Source of the DNA: Macrostomum lignano
Taxonomy: Eukaryota
Assembly (NCBI GenBank): GCA_002269645.1
Contig: NIVC01002425.1
Span: forward strand, 1-64,000
Direction of reading: 5' to 3'
Length of the DNA stretch: 64,000 bases
The notes under the pieces are model-generated. The model did not search any database, was not told the DNA's origin, and saw only the letters and a list, made by a program, of their open reading frames with translations. The position numbers were made by a program, and so were the translations under genes. Within the stretch, counting starts at the first letter, position 1. Each line of letters opens with the position of its first letter. Positions 34,316-47,900 of the stretch are shown in pieces.

Positions 34316-37300
34316 ATGCCAAGCAAAGAAATCAAAATACCAGGTAGTCTGCACTCTGACCAGTAAGTTTAATCGCGACTTTTCTTTATAAATTAGTCTG
34401 AAGTGTCTTAAGAAGCACTTAAGACAAAAAAAGACAAAAAACTTTCCATTGACAGATACGAATCCGATGACAGAGATGGCCACTACGATGGCACTAGCGA
34501 CGTTTCTGACCCCGAAGAGCATTCAGGCGCCGCGGCAGAAGGTGGAGACAACAATAGTCCCAGCCGTGCAGCTGTCTATGATGACACAACAGACACGGAC
34601 GAGTACCAGTCCGACCTCGACCCTGGCGTACCACGTCATCCGGAAGCACCCACCAATGCGGACGCTCCGTCCGCTGCAGCGACTCGCAAACGTCGTAAAA
34701 GAGGACGAAAACAACGAGGCGCCGACGACGAAAACGGCGGCAACGATGACGATGAGGATGACTATGAAGACGCGTCAAGATCGTCGATGCAGGCGCCCGA
34801 CGAGCTGCTTGAACGGGCGAAACGATTGGCGGCAAAGTTTGCGGCCAGGCGTCAGTGGAACAACGCGATGCGCCAGCTGGTGAGGCAGACGGCGCTCTGC
34901 GTGCTGGTCTACGGGCCGCAGCACTTTAAGTACGCCGAAGCTTATACGGAGCTGGCCAAGGGCTACCTGGACTACAAGGGGCCGAGTGAGTTAAAGCTTT
35001 GAAACAAAAAAGAAATTTAACATTTTAATTTAAACTTCGAATGTATGCCCACAGGTGAGATCTTGATTCAAAGGCTGTAAGTCTAAAGTATTGACAAAGT
35101 GTAAGACAAAACTCGGAAAGGGAAACTATAGCGAATCTCACTCTTGGATGCACGCTGCATGGGCGTCGCCATGGATTATGGTGGGGGGACAATGCCAAGA
35201 ATTCTACATGTACATTTACATTATTTTCAGATTCGGTGCTGTACGTTTCGTCGCTCTAAAGCAAAATTATTGATTTCCCTAAAGGGTCACGGGTCACTTT
35301 ATCTTAATTAACAAGCGCATACAATTGGATCAAAAGTGATTCGGTATAGTTCGATCGTAAACAAAGGTTCGACAGCAGGATACATAAAAAACTGCTATCA
35401 AATCCACTCACGTGACATCTAAAATGGGGATACCATTTAAACAAAGCTCGAAAATGAAGTAGTCTGCATCATGCTTCTTCACGTCAAAACAAACTGGCCG
35501 CTCATGGTAAAGGAAGAGAGACCTGGCCCTGACTTGCTATGAAACTGTCAAAATCGTTGCAAAATTGAAAACACCAAAATGATACAATAAACTACTTACC
35601 ATTTCACTACACAAGAGTAGTTGAATCGCATTTTATTTCTGTTCTAATTATAAACACGCTAAATGTGGTCACTGGTCATTCTCCGCAGCTTAAATTTCTA
35701 ACTATAATCTACTATAACCATACGTGCAGGCTTCTCTCAACAAGCTGAGGAGCACGCTGAGCACGCCAAGAACATCCTGCTTGGTCAGCAGGAAGCGTTC
35801 GACGGTGCAGCAGTGGATGTCACAGGCTCCGGCCTGGCTGGCTCTGAGCTGACCCGCCTGGAGTTCCTGAAGGTCAGTCTGGTCACCTATCACACTCTTG
35901 GCCGGGCTCAGTCGTTGTTGAAAAAGTTCCCAGATGCCGAGCAGAGTCTGATCAAAGCTGAGAAGGTTGTACAGGAATTGTCCAAGCTGTCCATTGTGAA
36001 GTTCGACTTCCTTCTCGAGGCCAAACAGAAAATTTGGACTTCGCTGGCAAAGTGAGTTGGATGGCAATAATGAAATGATGATAAATTAATTTCTGGGCTT
36101 TTATCAAAAACTCTTATTTCTCTCAAACAGAATAAATATTTCCCATTTGTACACAACTGATGGACCACCTGATTACCTGTTAGACAGGATAGTGTCACCT
36201 GTTACAGTAGTGCTCACCTGTTAGACAGTAGTGTTTAACCTGTTCAGTAGTGTTTAACCTGTTAGACAGTATTGTTTAACCTGTTAGAGAGTAGTGTTTA
36301 CCTGTTACAGAGTTGTGTTTAACCTGTTAGACAGTAGTGTTTAACCTGTTAGACAGGAGCTAGTGTTCACCTGTTAGACAGGAGCTAGTGTTCACCTGTT
36401 AGACAGGAGCTAGTGTTCACCTGTTAGACAGGAGCTAGTGTTCACCTGTTAGACAGGAGCTAGTGTTCACCTGTTAGAAAGGAGCTAGTGTTCACCTGTT
36501 AGACAGTAGTTCTCACCAAATGCAGCCCAAAGCCTCTTAAAAACTGACTAGCTACAGTAGCGCTTATCTGCTAGACACTGACCAGTTCAAAACAGAGCAG
36601 AACACATCTGTGACAAGTCATTAAGAACTTAAATAACCATCACCCCCCACCCCCACGGTCCAATCGCGCAGGATCAGTGCAAAACTTAACAAGCCGATGG
36701 CCTCGGTGTCCTATTACGAACAGGCGATCGCTGCCTGCGAGAAACGCTACGGCAAGGGTTCACAAGAGCTGGTGCCTCTCTACCAGGGCGTGGGCGCTAC
36801 GGAGCAGTCTAGGCCGGAGTTTCCCAATCACGAGAAGGCTATCGAGATGTACCTGAAGGCGCATGAGATTGCCACTGCTCAGTAAGTTGTAGTATAAGCT
36901 GACCTGCAAGACAGTGTGAGGCTCACCTGCAAGACAGTGTGAGGCTCACCTGTAAGACAGTGACGCTCACCTGTAAGACAGTGTGGCGCTCACCTGCAAG
37001 ACAGTGTGACGCTTACCTGTAAGATAGTGACGCGATTACCTGTAAGACAGTGTGACGCTCACCTGTAAGACAGTGTGGCGCTCACCTGTAAGACAGTGTG
37101 GCGCTCACCTGTAAGACAGTGTGACGCTTACCTGTAAGATAGTGACGCGATTACCTGTAAGACAGTGTGACGCTCACCTGTAAGACAGTGTGGCGCTCAC
37201 CTGTAAGACAGTGTGGCGCTCACCTGTAAGACAGTGACGCTCACCTGTAAGACAGTGTGGCGCTCACCTGCAAGACAGTGTGACGCTTACCTGTAAGATA

Positions 37301-38454
37301 GTGACGCGATTACCTGTAAGACAGTGTGACGCTCACCTGTAAGACAGTGTGGCGCTCACCTGTAAGACAGTGTGGCGCTCACCTGTAAGACAGTGTGACG
37401 CTGACCTTCAAGACACAGACGCTCAATTCTTAGAAATCTGTGTTGAACCAATGCAATTACACCCGATAAACACTCATCCCGCCCAGTATACAACCCCCAC
37501 TTTATGCAGCGCCAAAGGCGAATTCACTGAAGAAGCTGCTGGCACAGCCCGCTCGCTGGCCACAGCCTACGCCAAGTGCGGCGACGTGGCTGCCCAGGCA
37601 TCGGCCGAGAGCTACATGCAGGAGTGCCTGACCGCCTGCCTTCAACTGCACGGCCCTGAGCACCAGTCAGTGTGTGAGGCCCAGGACGAGCTCGCCAAGC
37701 TGCTCATTAGAGCGGACAAAATCGACGAAGGCGCTCGCCTACTGCAGGAGAATGTCAAGGTCAAGGCGAAAGTTCACGGCGATTTCTCGCCGCAAGTGCT
37801 GGACTCGTACCGGCTTCTTGGCTCGCTTTGGCTCAGCCAAGGCCGGCTGGAGAAGGCGCTGCAAGATCTGCAGCGAGCTTTCGACATTGCGGAGGTGCTG
37901 CACGGACCCGGTTGTCGGATCTGTCGAGAGCTACAGCCCACCATCGACACTGTGCTCAAGTGAGAAGGCTTGATGTTAATTGGGTATGCAAATCCCCGTG
38001 TCCAAGAGGTGGCTAAAATGGAGCTCCTGAAATTTATCGGGTTCTTAAGTGGTTGTAGCCTAGTGGTTAGAGCGTCGGACTCACGACTTGAAGGTCGAGG
38101 GTTCGATTCCTGATCCCCTGATTATAACTCTGCAGTGCTTCAGTTCACCTAGCTGTAAAATGTGTGCCAGCATTAGCTGGGGTGCATGGAATTGAAGAAG
38201 TGCATGGCAACCCCCCAGTCCTTCAGGAGCTGTCGGTTGCACATCTGGCCCAATTTGGGCACGTGTAATCAATTACTAAATTATTATTAATTAATGCTGA
38301 ATATTTTCACAACCCCGCATGCAGGCACCCCAGCATGGAAGGCAAGCAGGCTGGCTACGAGATGAAGAATCGGCCCCGATTTAATGGCATCGTAGCCCGC
38401 AGCAGCAAGCCCGCGACTGGCGGCTCTGCTACCACTACAGGCGTTTTCAACTGA
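34316..38454 (+). CDS. TTC23: TTC23/TTC23L-like tetratricopeptide-repeat protein, exons 34316-34362, 34456-34985, 35730-36051, 36672-36881, 37510-37959, 38325-38454; 562 aa
   Basis: TPR helices (LVRQTALCVLVYG...YAEAYTELAKGYL; QQAEEHAEHAKNIL; SYRLLGSLWLSQGRLEKALQDLQRA); donors GTAAGT/GTGAGT/GTGAGA, all phases match; orthology from recalled similarity. Confidence 0.82.
35158..35278 (-). mobile_element. Truncated inverted copy of the 33664 hAT MITE family, in TTC23-like intron 2
   Basis: CATGGGCGTCGCCATGGATTATGGTGGGGGGACAA is the reverse complement of the right end of 33664-34112. Confidence 0.75.
36165..36515. repeat. 20-25-bp minisatellite (GTTCACCTGTTAGACAGGAGCTAGT)n, TTC23-like intron 3
   Basis: Direct reading. 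Confidence 0.92.
36895..37405. repeat. 21-23-bp minisatellite (CGCTCACCTGTAAGACAGTGTGG)n, TTC23-like intron 4
   Basis: Direct reading. Confidence 0.94.
38050..38290 (+). mobile_element. tRNA-derived SINE, near full length, TTC23-like intron 5
   Basis: A box TAGCCTAGTGG, B box GGTTCGATTCC, no acceptor-stem closure, (TTA)n-like tail. Confidence 0.8.
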
Positions 38455-38509
38455 CAATACCATGCAAAGAGATTTACAATGACCATTATTGCCTATTTTC
38501 TTAATGTAG

Positions 38510-38888
38510 AACAGCTATATTTACAGGTATTTTTATTAGAGGCAGGGGGGTTGTGTGCACCCTGGCGCACTTTAGGCGACATAGGCACACAACCGGCGAG
38601 AGGCATTACTGCCCATTCCGCCGACTCCCCTGAGCAGGCATACAAGCGCGCGGATACGTTACGCAGGCACACACTCACACAGGAGTGTACAGCGGCCCTA
38701 ACTTTATCAATTGTTAGGCATGTACACTTCACTGCGCCTTGGGGGGGTTGGCTCTCAAGGCCGTTAATTGCACAAGCGAGCCAAGCCGAAATTCCAATTC
38801 AGCCCCAAATTAATGTGGCTGCACTTGGAATCGAGCCTGGGTCGCGGCACACCAGAGCAGCTGCGCTACCGCTGGGCTACGGCCCCCC
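38510..38888 (-). mobile_element. Second tRNA-derived SINE family or tRNA pseudogene with long tail
   Basis: Minus strand GGGGCCGTAGCCCAGCGG (A box)...GGCTCGATTCC (B box); stems do not pair; ends in AATAAAAAT. Confidence 0.65.
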
Positions 38889-39789
38889 CCCTATTTACAG
38901 GTATACTACGAGTACGAGGTAGTCTCTGGAATGTTTGTACGTTACGTTAAGGGTTGCAGCTAAACTTTACTGACAAACGTGATACCCTACCCTAATAATT
39001 AGATTTTTAGTCAAGCTACTAAAAATAGGGCATGTAATTCTATTCGAGATTTTGTCTATGGTCTAAACCGACAGATCTAAAAGTAGGCTGAAAACAATAT
39101 ATGCGAGTACATACAGCACTTTAAGATCCCGTCCTGTGTGCTAAATCAAAACGCGCTTATGTCTATGGCCAAAGCTTTAACAACCCCTAAAGAATTTGAT
39201 AAATAGAGAGGTACGCTCGTAAATGAACTGACTATTGCTACATCAGATATACTAATAAACAACTTCAGATACTTTATATTGAAATCTGATACTAATAAAA
39301 TAAAATAAATCAAACGTTAAGTTTTCGATGGTTAAATATTTTGATTTTTACAACAGAATGTACAGTAGGATTGCATAACTCATTGCATAAGCCTCTAGAA
39401 GGCCATGCATAAATGCACTTTAAGAATCGTTTTTTATTTATCTATATATAACCAATACAGATCTGTTAAGAATAAAAAAGCATTAATTTCACGGAATAAA
39501 ACTCTGCAAGATTCAGCAGCAACATATTATAATATCGTCTTGCAATTTCTACTTTTCTGATGAATTCAAGGGTGTTCGGTTGCCTTGCTTATATAGATAA
39601 TTTGAACGCGATGCAGTGTTAAACATTTTTGTTACTGTTGTTGCGACACCGTGGCCTGGAACAGAATGATGGACAGCGGGAAAATATGTATTAAATTGAA
39701 CACATCTGGGCATTTCATGCTTTCGTTACTGAATTATTCATAAATATTTCGTCACTTTAACTACATGGATCAGGCAGGTGTTTGATTGC

Positions 39790-40135
39790 GGTTCAGGGTT
39801 GATGTGGAAGAGCGGTTCAGGATTGATGTGGAAGAGCGGTTCAGGGTTGATGTTGACAGCGGTTCAGGGTTGATGTTGACAGCGGTTCAGGGTTGATGTT
39901 GAAGAGCGGTTCAGGGTTGATGTTGAAGAGCGGTTCAGGGTTGATGTTGAAGAGCGGTTCCGGGTTGATGTTGAAGAGCGGTTCCGGGTTGATGTTGAAG
40001 AGCGGTTCAGGGTTGATGTGGAAGAGCGGTTCAGGGTTGATGTGGAAGAGCGGTTCAGGGTTGATGTGGAAGAGCGGTTCAGGGTTGATGTTGAAGAGCG
40101 GTTCCGGGTTGATGTTGAAGAGCGGTTCAGGGTTG
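39790..40135. repeat. 24-bp minisatellite (GTTGATGTTGAAGAGCGGTTCAGG)n
   Basis: Direct reading. Confidence 0.96.
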
Positions 40136-41009
40136 AATTAAGTGGTTTGAAAGTGATCTAACCGGTTCAGACCTGATCTAAATGATTCAGAAAGCCAGTG
40201 ACAGTAAAGCGCCATGCTCGAGGAGAAGTCAGACTCGGCCTTTGCATGTCAAAAGAATCAAAGGGCCCGTATTCTCAGACTCAAAAGTTCACCTTCAAAC
40301 TTATCTTGTCTAAACAAAGAGAAGTTCGAGTTGCTCAAACCTCGATCTTTGCCAAACAAAATAGTGAAGTGAGCTCGGGAGTATGAAAGGGGCCCCAATC
40401 CTTCAAATTCGCCTTTAAAATATGCATCATCCTTCTCCTGATGTGCGCAAATTACAATCTGATGTAGATAAGAAGTGATAAAGTGAAAAGAAATGAAAAC
40501 TTAAACAATATAGATGCTATGTAAATGGCAGTTTTATTAAGTTTCAATAATATGATACTTCAACAGGAATGGGAAGTGTTGTTATTAATAAAAATTACAT
40601 TAAAATATAAACGTGCAAAAATACTGCATATTAATAGCAAAAAGTAGAAGTAATTAAAAACTAAAACAAATTAATAACTGATCTGTTAATGAGAGAAAGT
40701 AAACAATTAACAATAACTCTTTCAAGAATCTAACTTTATAAAACAAGAGACTAAACATTCTGGTGCGATATAAACGCTTTAGCTACTACTGGTGAAAGTC
40801 AGCAGCTAGTAGCATGAATAAGAGACGGAATTATAGTTAATCGATTATAAAAAATATACGCGTCTAAGTGCTACATTCAAATGAAATTAAAGGCACCATA
40901 ACAGGTCGGATATGAAATTAAAAGAGATGGAAAGACTGACAAATATGAAAAATAGTGCATCACAACATAATTGAATGATTGCCAGAGCCTGCTGAGATGG
41001 ATTTGGATT

Positions 41010-41862
41010 TGACTGAGCCTCCAGATGTGCCCTGGATTTCCAACACAGCCATTCGGGACTGAGCCTCCAGATACTGCCCTGAATTTCCAACACAGCCATT
41101 CGGGACTGAGCCTCCAGATACTGCCCTGAATTTCCAACACAGCCATTCGGGTCTGAGCCTCCAGATGTGCCCTGGATTTCCAACACAGCCATTCGGGACT
41201 GAGCCTCCAGATGTGCCCTGGATTTCCAACACAGCCATTCGGGACTGAGCCTCCAGATGCTGCCCTGGATTTCCAACACAGCCATTCGGGACTGAGCCTC
41301 CAGATACTGCCCTGAATTTCCAACACAGCCATTCGGGACTGAGCCTCCAGATACTGCCCTGGATTTCCAACACAGCCATTCGGGACTGAGCCTCCAGATG
41401 CTGCCCTGGATTTCCAACACTGAGCCTCTCTATCCAACACAGCCATTCGGGACTGAGCCTCCAGATGTTGCCCTGGATTTCCAACACAGCCATTCGGGAC
41501 TGAGCCTCCAGATGCTGCCCTGGATTTCCAACACAGCCATTCGGGACTGAGCCTCCAGATGTGCCCTGGATTTCCAACACAGCCATTCGGGACTGAGCCT
41601 CCAGATACTGCCCTGGATTTCCAACACAGCCATTCGGGACTGAGCCTCTCTATGCTGTCCTGGATTTCCAACACAGCCATTCGGGACTGAGCCTCCAGAT
41701 GTTGCCCTGGATTTCCAACACAGCCATTCGGGACTGAGCCTCTCTATGCTGCCCTGGATTTCCAACACAGCCATTCGGGACTGAGCCTCTCTATGCTGTC
41801 CTGGATTTCCAACACAGCCATTCGGGACTGAGCCTCTCTATGCTACCCTGAATTTCCAACAT
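41010..41862. repeat. 46-47-bp minisatellite (CCTGGATTTCCAACACAGCCATTCGGGACTGAGCCTCCAGATGTGC)n
   Basis: Direct reading, about 18 copies, just 3' of the patatin gene. Confidence 0.96.
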
Positions 41863-41919
41863 GGCAACAGAGCCATATTTTTGTTGCCATTAATTACACA
41901 AACGCAATCTTATTTGTCC

Positions 41920-44900
41920 CTATCGTTTAGCGGCGTCAATCAACCAAGTTGGCAAAGAGCCATCGGCGGAATCCCGTCTCCATTTGTCCTCCAGATAGTC
42001 CACAGCGGCATCGTAGACTGGCTGAAATAGGCTAAAACTGGCTATACCAAAGCCCTGCACAGGAGGAGTCAGATACCAGCACCAGTGCATGGACCGCAGC
42101 CGCTGCTCCGTCACTCGCATATTAGAGGTTATACTGGCCAATCGCATCTGCACATCTATCAGCCTGGGATATCGACCAGCCGGACTCAACAGAGCCGAGA
42201 ATCCGGACAAACAGTCGCCATAGACTCGAAACCTGCCAGGTTCCAACCGATTGCTATCCGATATGTCTACGGCTATGACTTTTATAACGCCGTCGGATTT
42301 CTGACGCAACACATCTACTGGTAGATTGTTGACAAAGCAGCCGTCAACGAGACAGTCCTGACCATCGTCTGACCATACAGGCGGCAGCAGCACCGGATAG
42401 GACATGCTGGCTCGAACAGCTTTCCAAAGCGAGCCCCGGCTTAGAACACGAATCTTTCTACTACGCAACTCTGTAGTTATAAAATAGCATGGCAACCAAA
42501 GATCTTCAATACCGCGCCTGACATCGAAGCACTGGGCAAGCAGGCTATTGAGCAGGCCGCCTCGAAACAGCGACACCAATGGCAGGGTGACATCGTAAGC
42601 CTGACTAGACTTCTTACTGCTGTCTGCAAACATCTGCTTGACAGTTTGTTGGACAGATTGTGGACAGGTTTCCATCGACCAGAGCGCGCCAACCAGGGCG
42701 CCAATGCTGGTACCGGCCACGGCGTCTACGGGGACTCCGCGGTTGGCCAGCAGGCGGAGGACTGCAGGGTGGGCGGCACCGCGGGCGCCCCCGCCGCCCA
42801 GGGCCAGGCCTATGGCGCCATTGGACAGGTGGCGGGCAAGACGGCACATGTCGGCTGCAGCTGGGGGCGGCGACTTCTGCAGGATTGGCAATGAGTGCGA
42901 TCTGCTTTAGTCCGGGGTGATTTCCCATGGTCTGGGGCGATTTCTCGATTAGTCTGGGGCGATTTCTCATTTAGTCTAGAGCGATTTCTCTTTTTTAATC
43001 TAGGGCGATTTCTTTTTTAGTCGCCCGCTAGTGGGGATCAGTCAGAGGGGGATCCGTTAGTGGGGATCAGTGAATGGGAAACAGTGAATCTTTTTTGGTA
43101 TGGGGCAATTTCTCTTTTGGTATGAGGCGATTTCTCGTTTAGTCACGGACGATTTCTCCTTCGGTTTAGTCTGGGGCGATTTCTCGTTTAGTCTGGAGGT
43201 GATTTCTTGTTTAGTCTGAGGCGATTTCTTGTTTAGTCTGGAGCGAATACTCATTTCGTCTGGGGCGAGTTCTCGTTCGGTTTAGTCTGGGGCGATTTCT
43301 CTTTTGGTCTGGGGGGATTTCTCATTTAGTCTAGGACGATTTATCTTTTAGTCTGGATTTTACTTCTGGATACATATAAATGACTTGTCAAAAACTCCCT
43401 AACCTCATCCACTCTTCCCCGATCTCTGATCCGTCGCAGCCTAAGTGGCAGTCGCAGATGCCGGTGCCCGCTAAGCCAGGGCCTAGCAACCAGGTAAGGA
43501 AGAGTACTACCAGCTGGCACCACTCGCCTTCGAGTCGAATGCAGCAGTATTAGTTCCATTCGTCTCCTACTAGATAATAGACACGAACTGCTCAATGAGG
43601 AATAGTAAATCTCGGCTAGGCTGGGCTGCACTGAGCACCCATTGTGCTCTAGCAGTACCAGCACTCTATCCGATCTGCGTAAAGCAGCTCGGGTCCAAGC
43701 GGTTGGCGCATAGTCTAGCGATAACAATAGGAACAGCCGCTTAGATGAAGCTTCATCCTGCCTAGCTACAGAATCCTCTTCGGCTGCAATCCAATGTTTG
43801 AGAATTTCGTCTGCTGACGTTGACGACAATGGGTAAGATTGGTTCAAACATTTTACTGAGGCGCCGAAAACACTTCGGGCTCGGTCTGAGGAGAGGCGCC
43901 TGAAAGGTTAGTTGTGAGCAATGCATACTGCTTTTTTATCTTAATAGAATGTCAAGCATTGTACAAAACATGGATAAATAGGGGACTAAGACGCCGCACT
44001 AAACAAAATTAGGGAGATAAGAGTGGGGATCAGTGAATGGGGATTAGTGAGTGGGGATCAGTGAATGGTGATCAGTGAGGGGGGATCCGTTAGTGGGGAT
44101 TAGTGAGTGGGGATCAAAGAAATTGGGATCAGTGAGTGGGGATCAGTGAGTGGGGATCAGTGAGTGTGGATCAGTGAGTGTGGATCAGTGAGTGGGGATC
44201 AGTGAGGGGGGATCAGTGAGTGGGGATTAGTGAGTGGGGATCAGTGAGTGGGGATCAGGGGGTGGCGAATTACAGCGTGAGGATCCGTAAGTGGGGATTA
44301 CAGCGTGGGGATCAGTGAGTGGGGATTACAGCGTGGGGATCAGTGAGTAGGAATCAGTGAATGGGGATCAGTGAGTGAGGATCAGTGAGTGAGGATCAGT
44401 GAGTGGGGATCAGTCGCGTGGATTGCAGCGCGAGAATCATTGATTCAAAATGCCGCAAAGATGACACACCTGACAACTCCAGGCAGACAGGCAGCCAGTT
44501 GTTGAGCAAACAGATCCACAGGAATAGAGGCTTGGCCAGGCAGCAGAGCAATAATGCAATGACGATCTGACAGAGGCAATGTCGATGCATCATCAGCAGC
44601 CGTAACCCGATACGAGTCCAACAGTCTGTGAGCTACAGCTGACACCAGTCGGTGAGAAAAAGCCGGACAGCGCACAGACAGACAGTCAACCAGCCTACGG
44701 GACAGTCTAATGAGCTCAGAGTCCCGGACTGCCGCTACCACGGTGGCCAACGATGATGATGAAGCGTACAAGGAGGCTTTAGTGGTATTAACAAGACAGC
44801 CAGCACTATAGCATTCCTTAGTAACAGGCGATGCAGAGGCAGAAGAAGCTTCATCGTAGGGAAATTTTAGAAAGTCTTGCAGCCGGCCAGATACCACATA

Positions 44901-47900
44901 AAAATAGCAGTTGTCAACAGATTCCAAGGGCAACGCTTGGCCAATGCGAAGTGACACATAGCGAGCGATAGGCTCTAGCAGGACAGTCAGCGGAACATCC
45001 GGCCTCGACAGTAAGGAATGTAGGAATTGTTTAGCCAAGTGATTGGCCACAGTGGGAATCAAGGTCTTGTCAGTAGCGGCAGCCAGAGGCAGGTTGATGC
45101 GAACAAGCTGAGCAGTACAATTGCTCAGGCAGTAGATTGAACCGCCTGAGGCCAACGGCAGGCGGCTGAGAAATTCCAGCTGACCCACTAGGTCTCCGGG
45201 TCTGATTGGTGGCAAGGGGATTGATTGCTTCAATTGAAGACCGGTTCTGAGTCTACGTATAGGAGAAAGGCTGCCAGGGGGTCTAACAGAATCTGGGAGG
45301 AATAAAGATCAGAAAGTAGTCTGAGAATATCGGGGATATGACATGGTCTGACAATATCGTGGATATGACATGGTCTGACAATATCGGGGATATGACCTGG
45401 TCTGACAATATCGTGGATATGACATGGTCTGACAATATCGGGGATATGACCTGGTCTGACAATATCGGGGATATGACACGGTCTGACAATATCGGGGATA
45501 TGACATGGTCTGACAATATAAGGGATCTTAAAACGTCTCAAAGACATTATGTCGTGGAGACCTGATAGAACCTGACAGGCGTGAACGGGAAACTGACAAA
45601 TTATTGAAGTTAGGGGTTGCTGTACAATCCTCCACTAGTCCACTTTATCGTATCAAATACGCAATCGATAACCAGCAATACTGACCTGCCAACTAGCATG
45701 GTCTGGCCATTGACGCGCTGCCATAAATTTCCTCGCAGCACGCAAATCAATTCGCCAACTTGGCCGGAACCAGCTTGAACAACAACGTCAACATTACTAA
45801 CAGTAGTACTTAATGCATGTCCATAATTGTTGTCGAATTTAATTTGATCAGATCCACAATTCACAGTAGTACACGCACAACTGTTGATTTCATCGACTCC
45901 AAGTAACTCAGCGACAGTTTTATGATTATGATTATTATTATTATTAATGCTCACAGCATTGTCATTATTTAGCCAGGGTACCGGCGCCTCATCTGGCAGC
46001 AGCAGTGGCGCCAGACCGCGCGCCGTTACACGAGTAAACTGGCGCCAACATTGAATTACCAATATGTTATTATCAAACTCGCGATCATAGGCTAGAGCCT
46101 CTAGCAAAGCATCGAATGGCAGCCAGCGTATCTTTGTGTCCGTAACAGCCGCCAGCCTCAGGTAGCGACTATGACTACCACCTGGTGCCTGACAAGCATA
46201 AATCCATTTCAGCAGCATCAGTGCACTGAATACAATCTCTCCAGGTGGAATATATTCAATAACATCCTTGTCATTCAATAACTGCACCTCAATTAATCCA
46301 GAATCAATAAATATCACGCCGTATGTTGGCTGGCATAGCAACTGTTGGCCCTTAGCAACTGTACTAGACACTGCAGCTTTGCCCAGCTGAGAAATCTGAC
46401 TTGGTTTCAATTGCTTCAGACAGGGTAACAATTCCGCTAGGCTGGATATGCCAAAACTGCTTAGCAAATTGCTTTGTAGCTTTGTAGCCTCTGATGCTGT
46501 CGATTTGACAACCGAATAATTAATAGCTGCATCTGACAATCGCCTTGTACGCTTCCATCGCTGTGTAGCTTTTTCTGATTGATAGTCGCATCTTTTACTT
46601 TGATTGCTACTATCAGTAGATGAACGCTTACAACTTCTTATTGGCCAACATGTTGAAACTTGTCGTCTTAGGCGTTGCAACAAATACAATAGCCAATCGC
46701 GTCTACGAAACTGCCTAGCAACTGTGATAAAGTCCAGGGCGCCATTTCTATAGGCATAATTGCCCAGAGCCAGAGCTATGCAGGCTAGACAGAAAGGCAG
46801 CCAGGCTTCAACTCCAGTATGCTGGGAATTGCATTGGTGAAAAAAGTATGGTAGATATTCATTGTTGCAAACAGACTTCAAGCTAGTTTTATGCAGCAAG
46901 TACTAATAAAAAAACATAAATATTTTATTAATACCATACACTGTTATATACTATTTTTTGCAATAAAATAAGTCTTGCACTTTTTTATTCCTTAAGTAAT
47001 GAGCTATGAGCTATTTACCTCCAGCTCCGCATAGCCCTATGCTTATTTTTTCAGGAAAAAAAACTTTTGTTTTATTATTTTAATAAACTTTTTATACTTC
47101 AAAATTAAAAACTTAAAAAATAAAAGCTAGAAACTATTTTAATCACCTATTTTGTGACTTTTTGCTACTAAAATTTGATGGCTATCTCAAAATTGCATGT
47201 TTTTTAACTTTATGATATTTATTAGACTGATATATATGTATATATTATATCTGCTTTGTTTTTTATTAAAAAGATATTTAATTTTTTGTTTAATTTTGCT
47301 TTTATAACTTTTATCCTTTGCTATATTGACTCTACTAATTCACTTTAGTTTAAATTTCAGCTAGCCCAAAATATGGCACAAATCTTAGTATTTTTATTGA
47401 ATTTGAAAATGCCAAAATGGCAAAGTTAAAAACTGATACAACACTTAGCTTTCTCAATTGTCATTAATATATATACCTGGTCCTAGTTGGCAAAAGCAAT
47501 AGCAGCCACCCCAATGCTAAACCCTAATGTAGCATTATAACAATTTCTCCAAAATGTATATTGCACTTTGTGCAAAGGGCAAAAAACAAGAAAAAAAGAT
47601 GTATAGGCTACAACTTGGCTCTTTCAGGCAATGAATCTTAATTGCAATGCCCTTAGCATCTAGTAGAAGTATATACTATTGAGGAAGGTCAATCATTTTA
47701 AGGTGGAGTTAAAAGATAGGGCATCAACATAATAAGCAAGACCTAAAAGCAGACAGCAAGTCACAAAAAAGGATATTTAGGTGCCATTTGAACTTGATCC
47801 TACAATAGTTTGCAAATACTTAGCATCAAGACAAAGGACTTATTATCTAACATTTAATCTGATGTGAAGAAGACTAATGGTGCTAATGAATTGGTTAGCT

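Noticed and set aside
34449-34883. 144-aa ORF MTDTNPMTEM
   Set aside because: Wrong frame of TTC23-like exon 2
37960-37963. Stop after TVLK as the TTC23-like end
   Set aside because: AA|GTGAGA is a donor that joins in phase to a final exon at 38325-38454
38050-38125. tRNA gene call (Val-CAC-like loop)
   Set aside because: No acceptor-stem closure, and the sequence continues into a body shared with 15819, so it is a SINE
40262-40396. GGGCCC-bounded segment resembling a Harbinger MITE
   Set aside because: Arms align poorly and there is no TWA TSD
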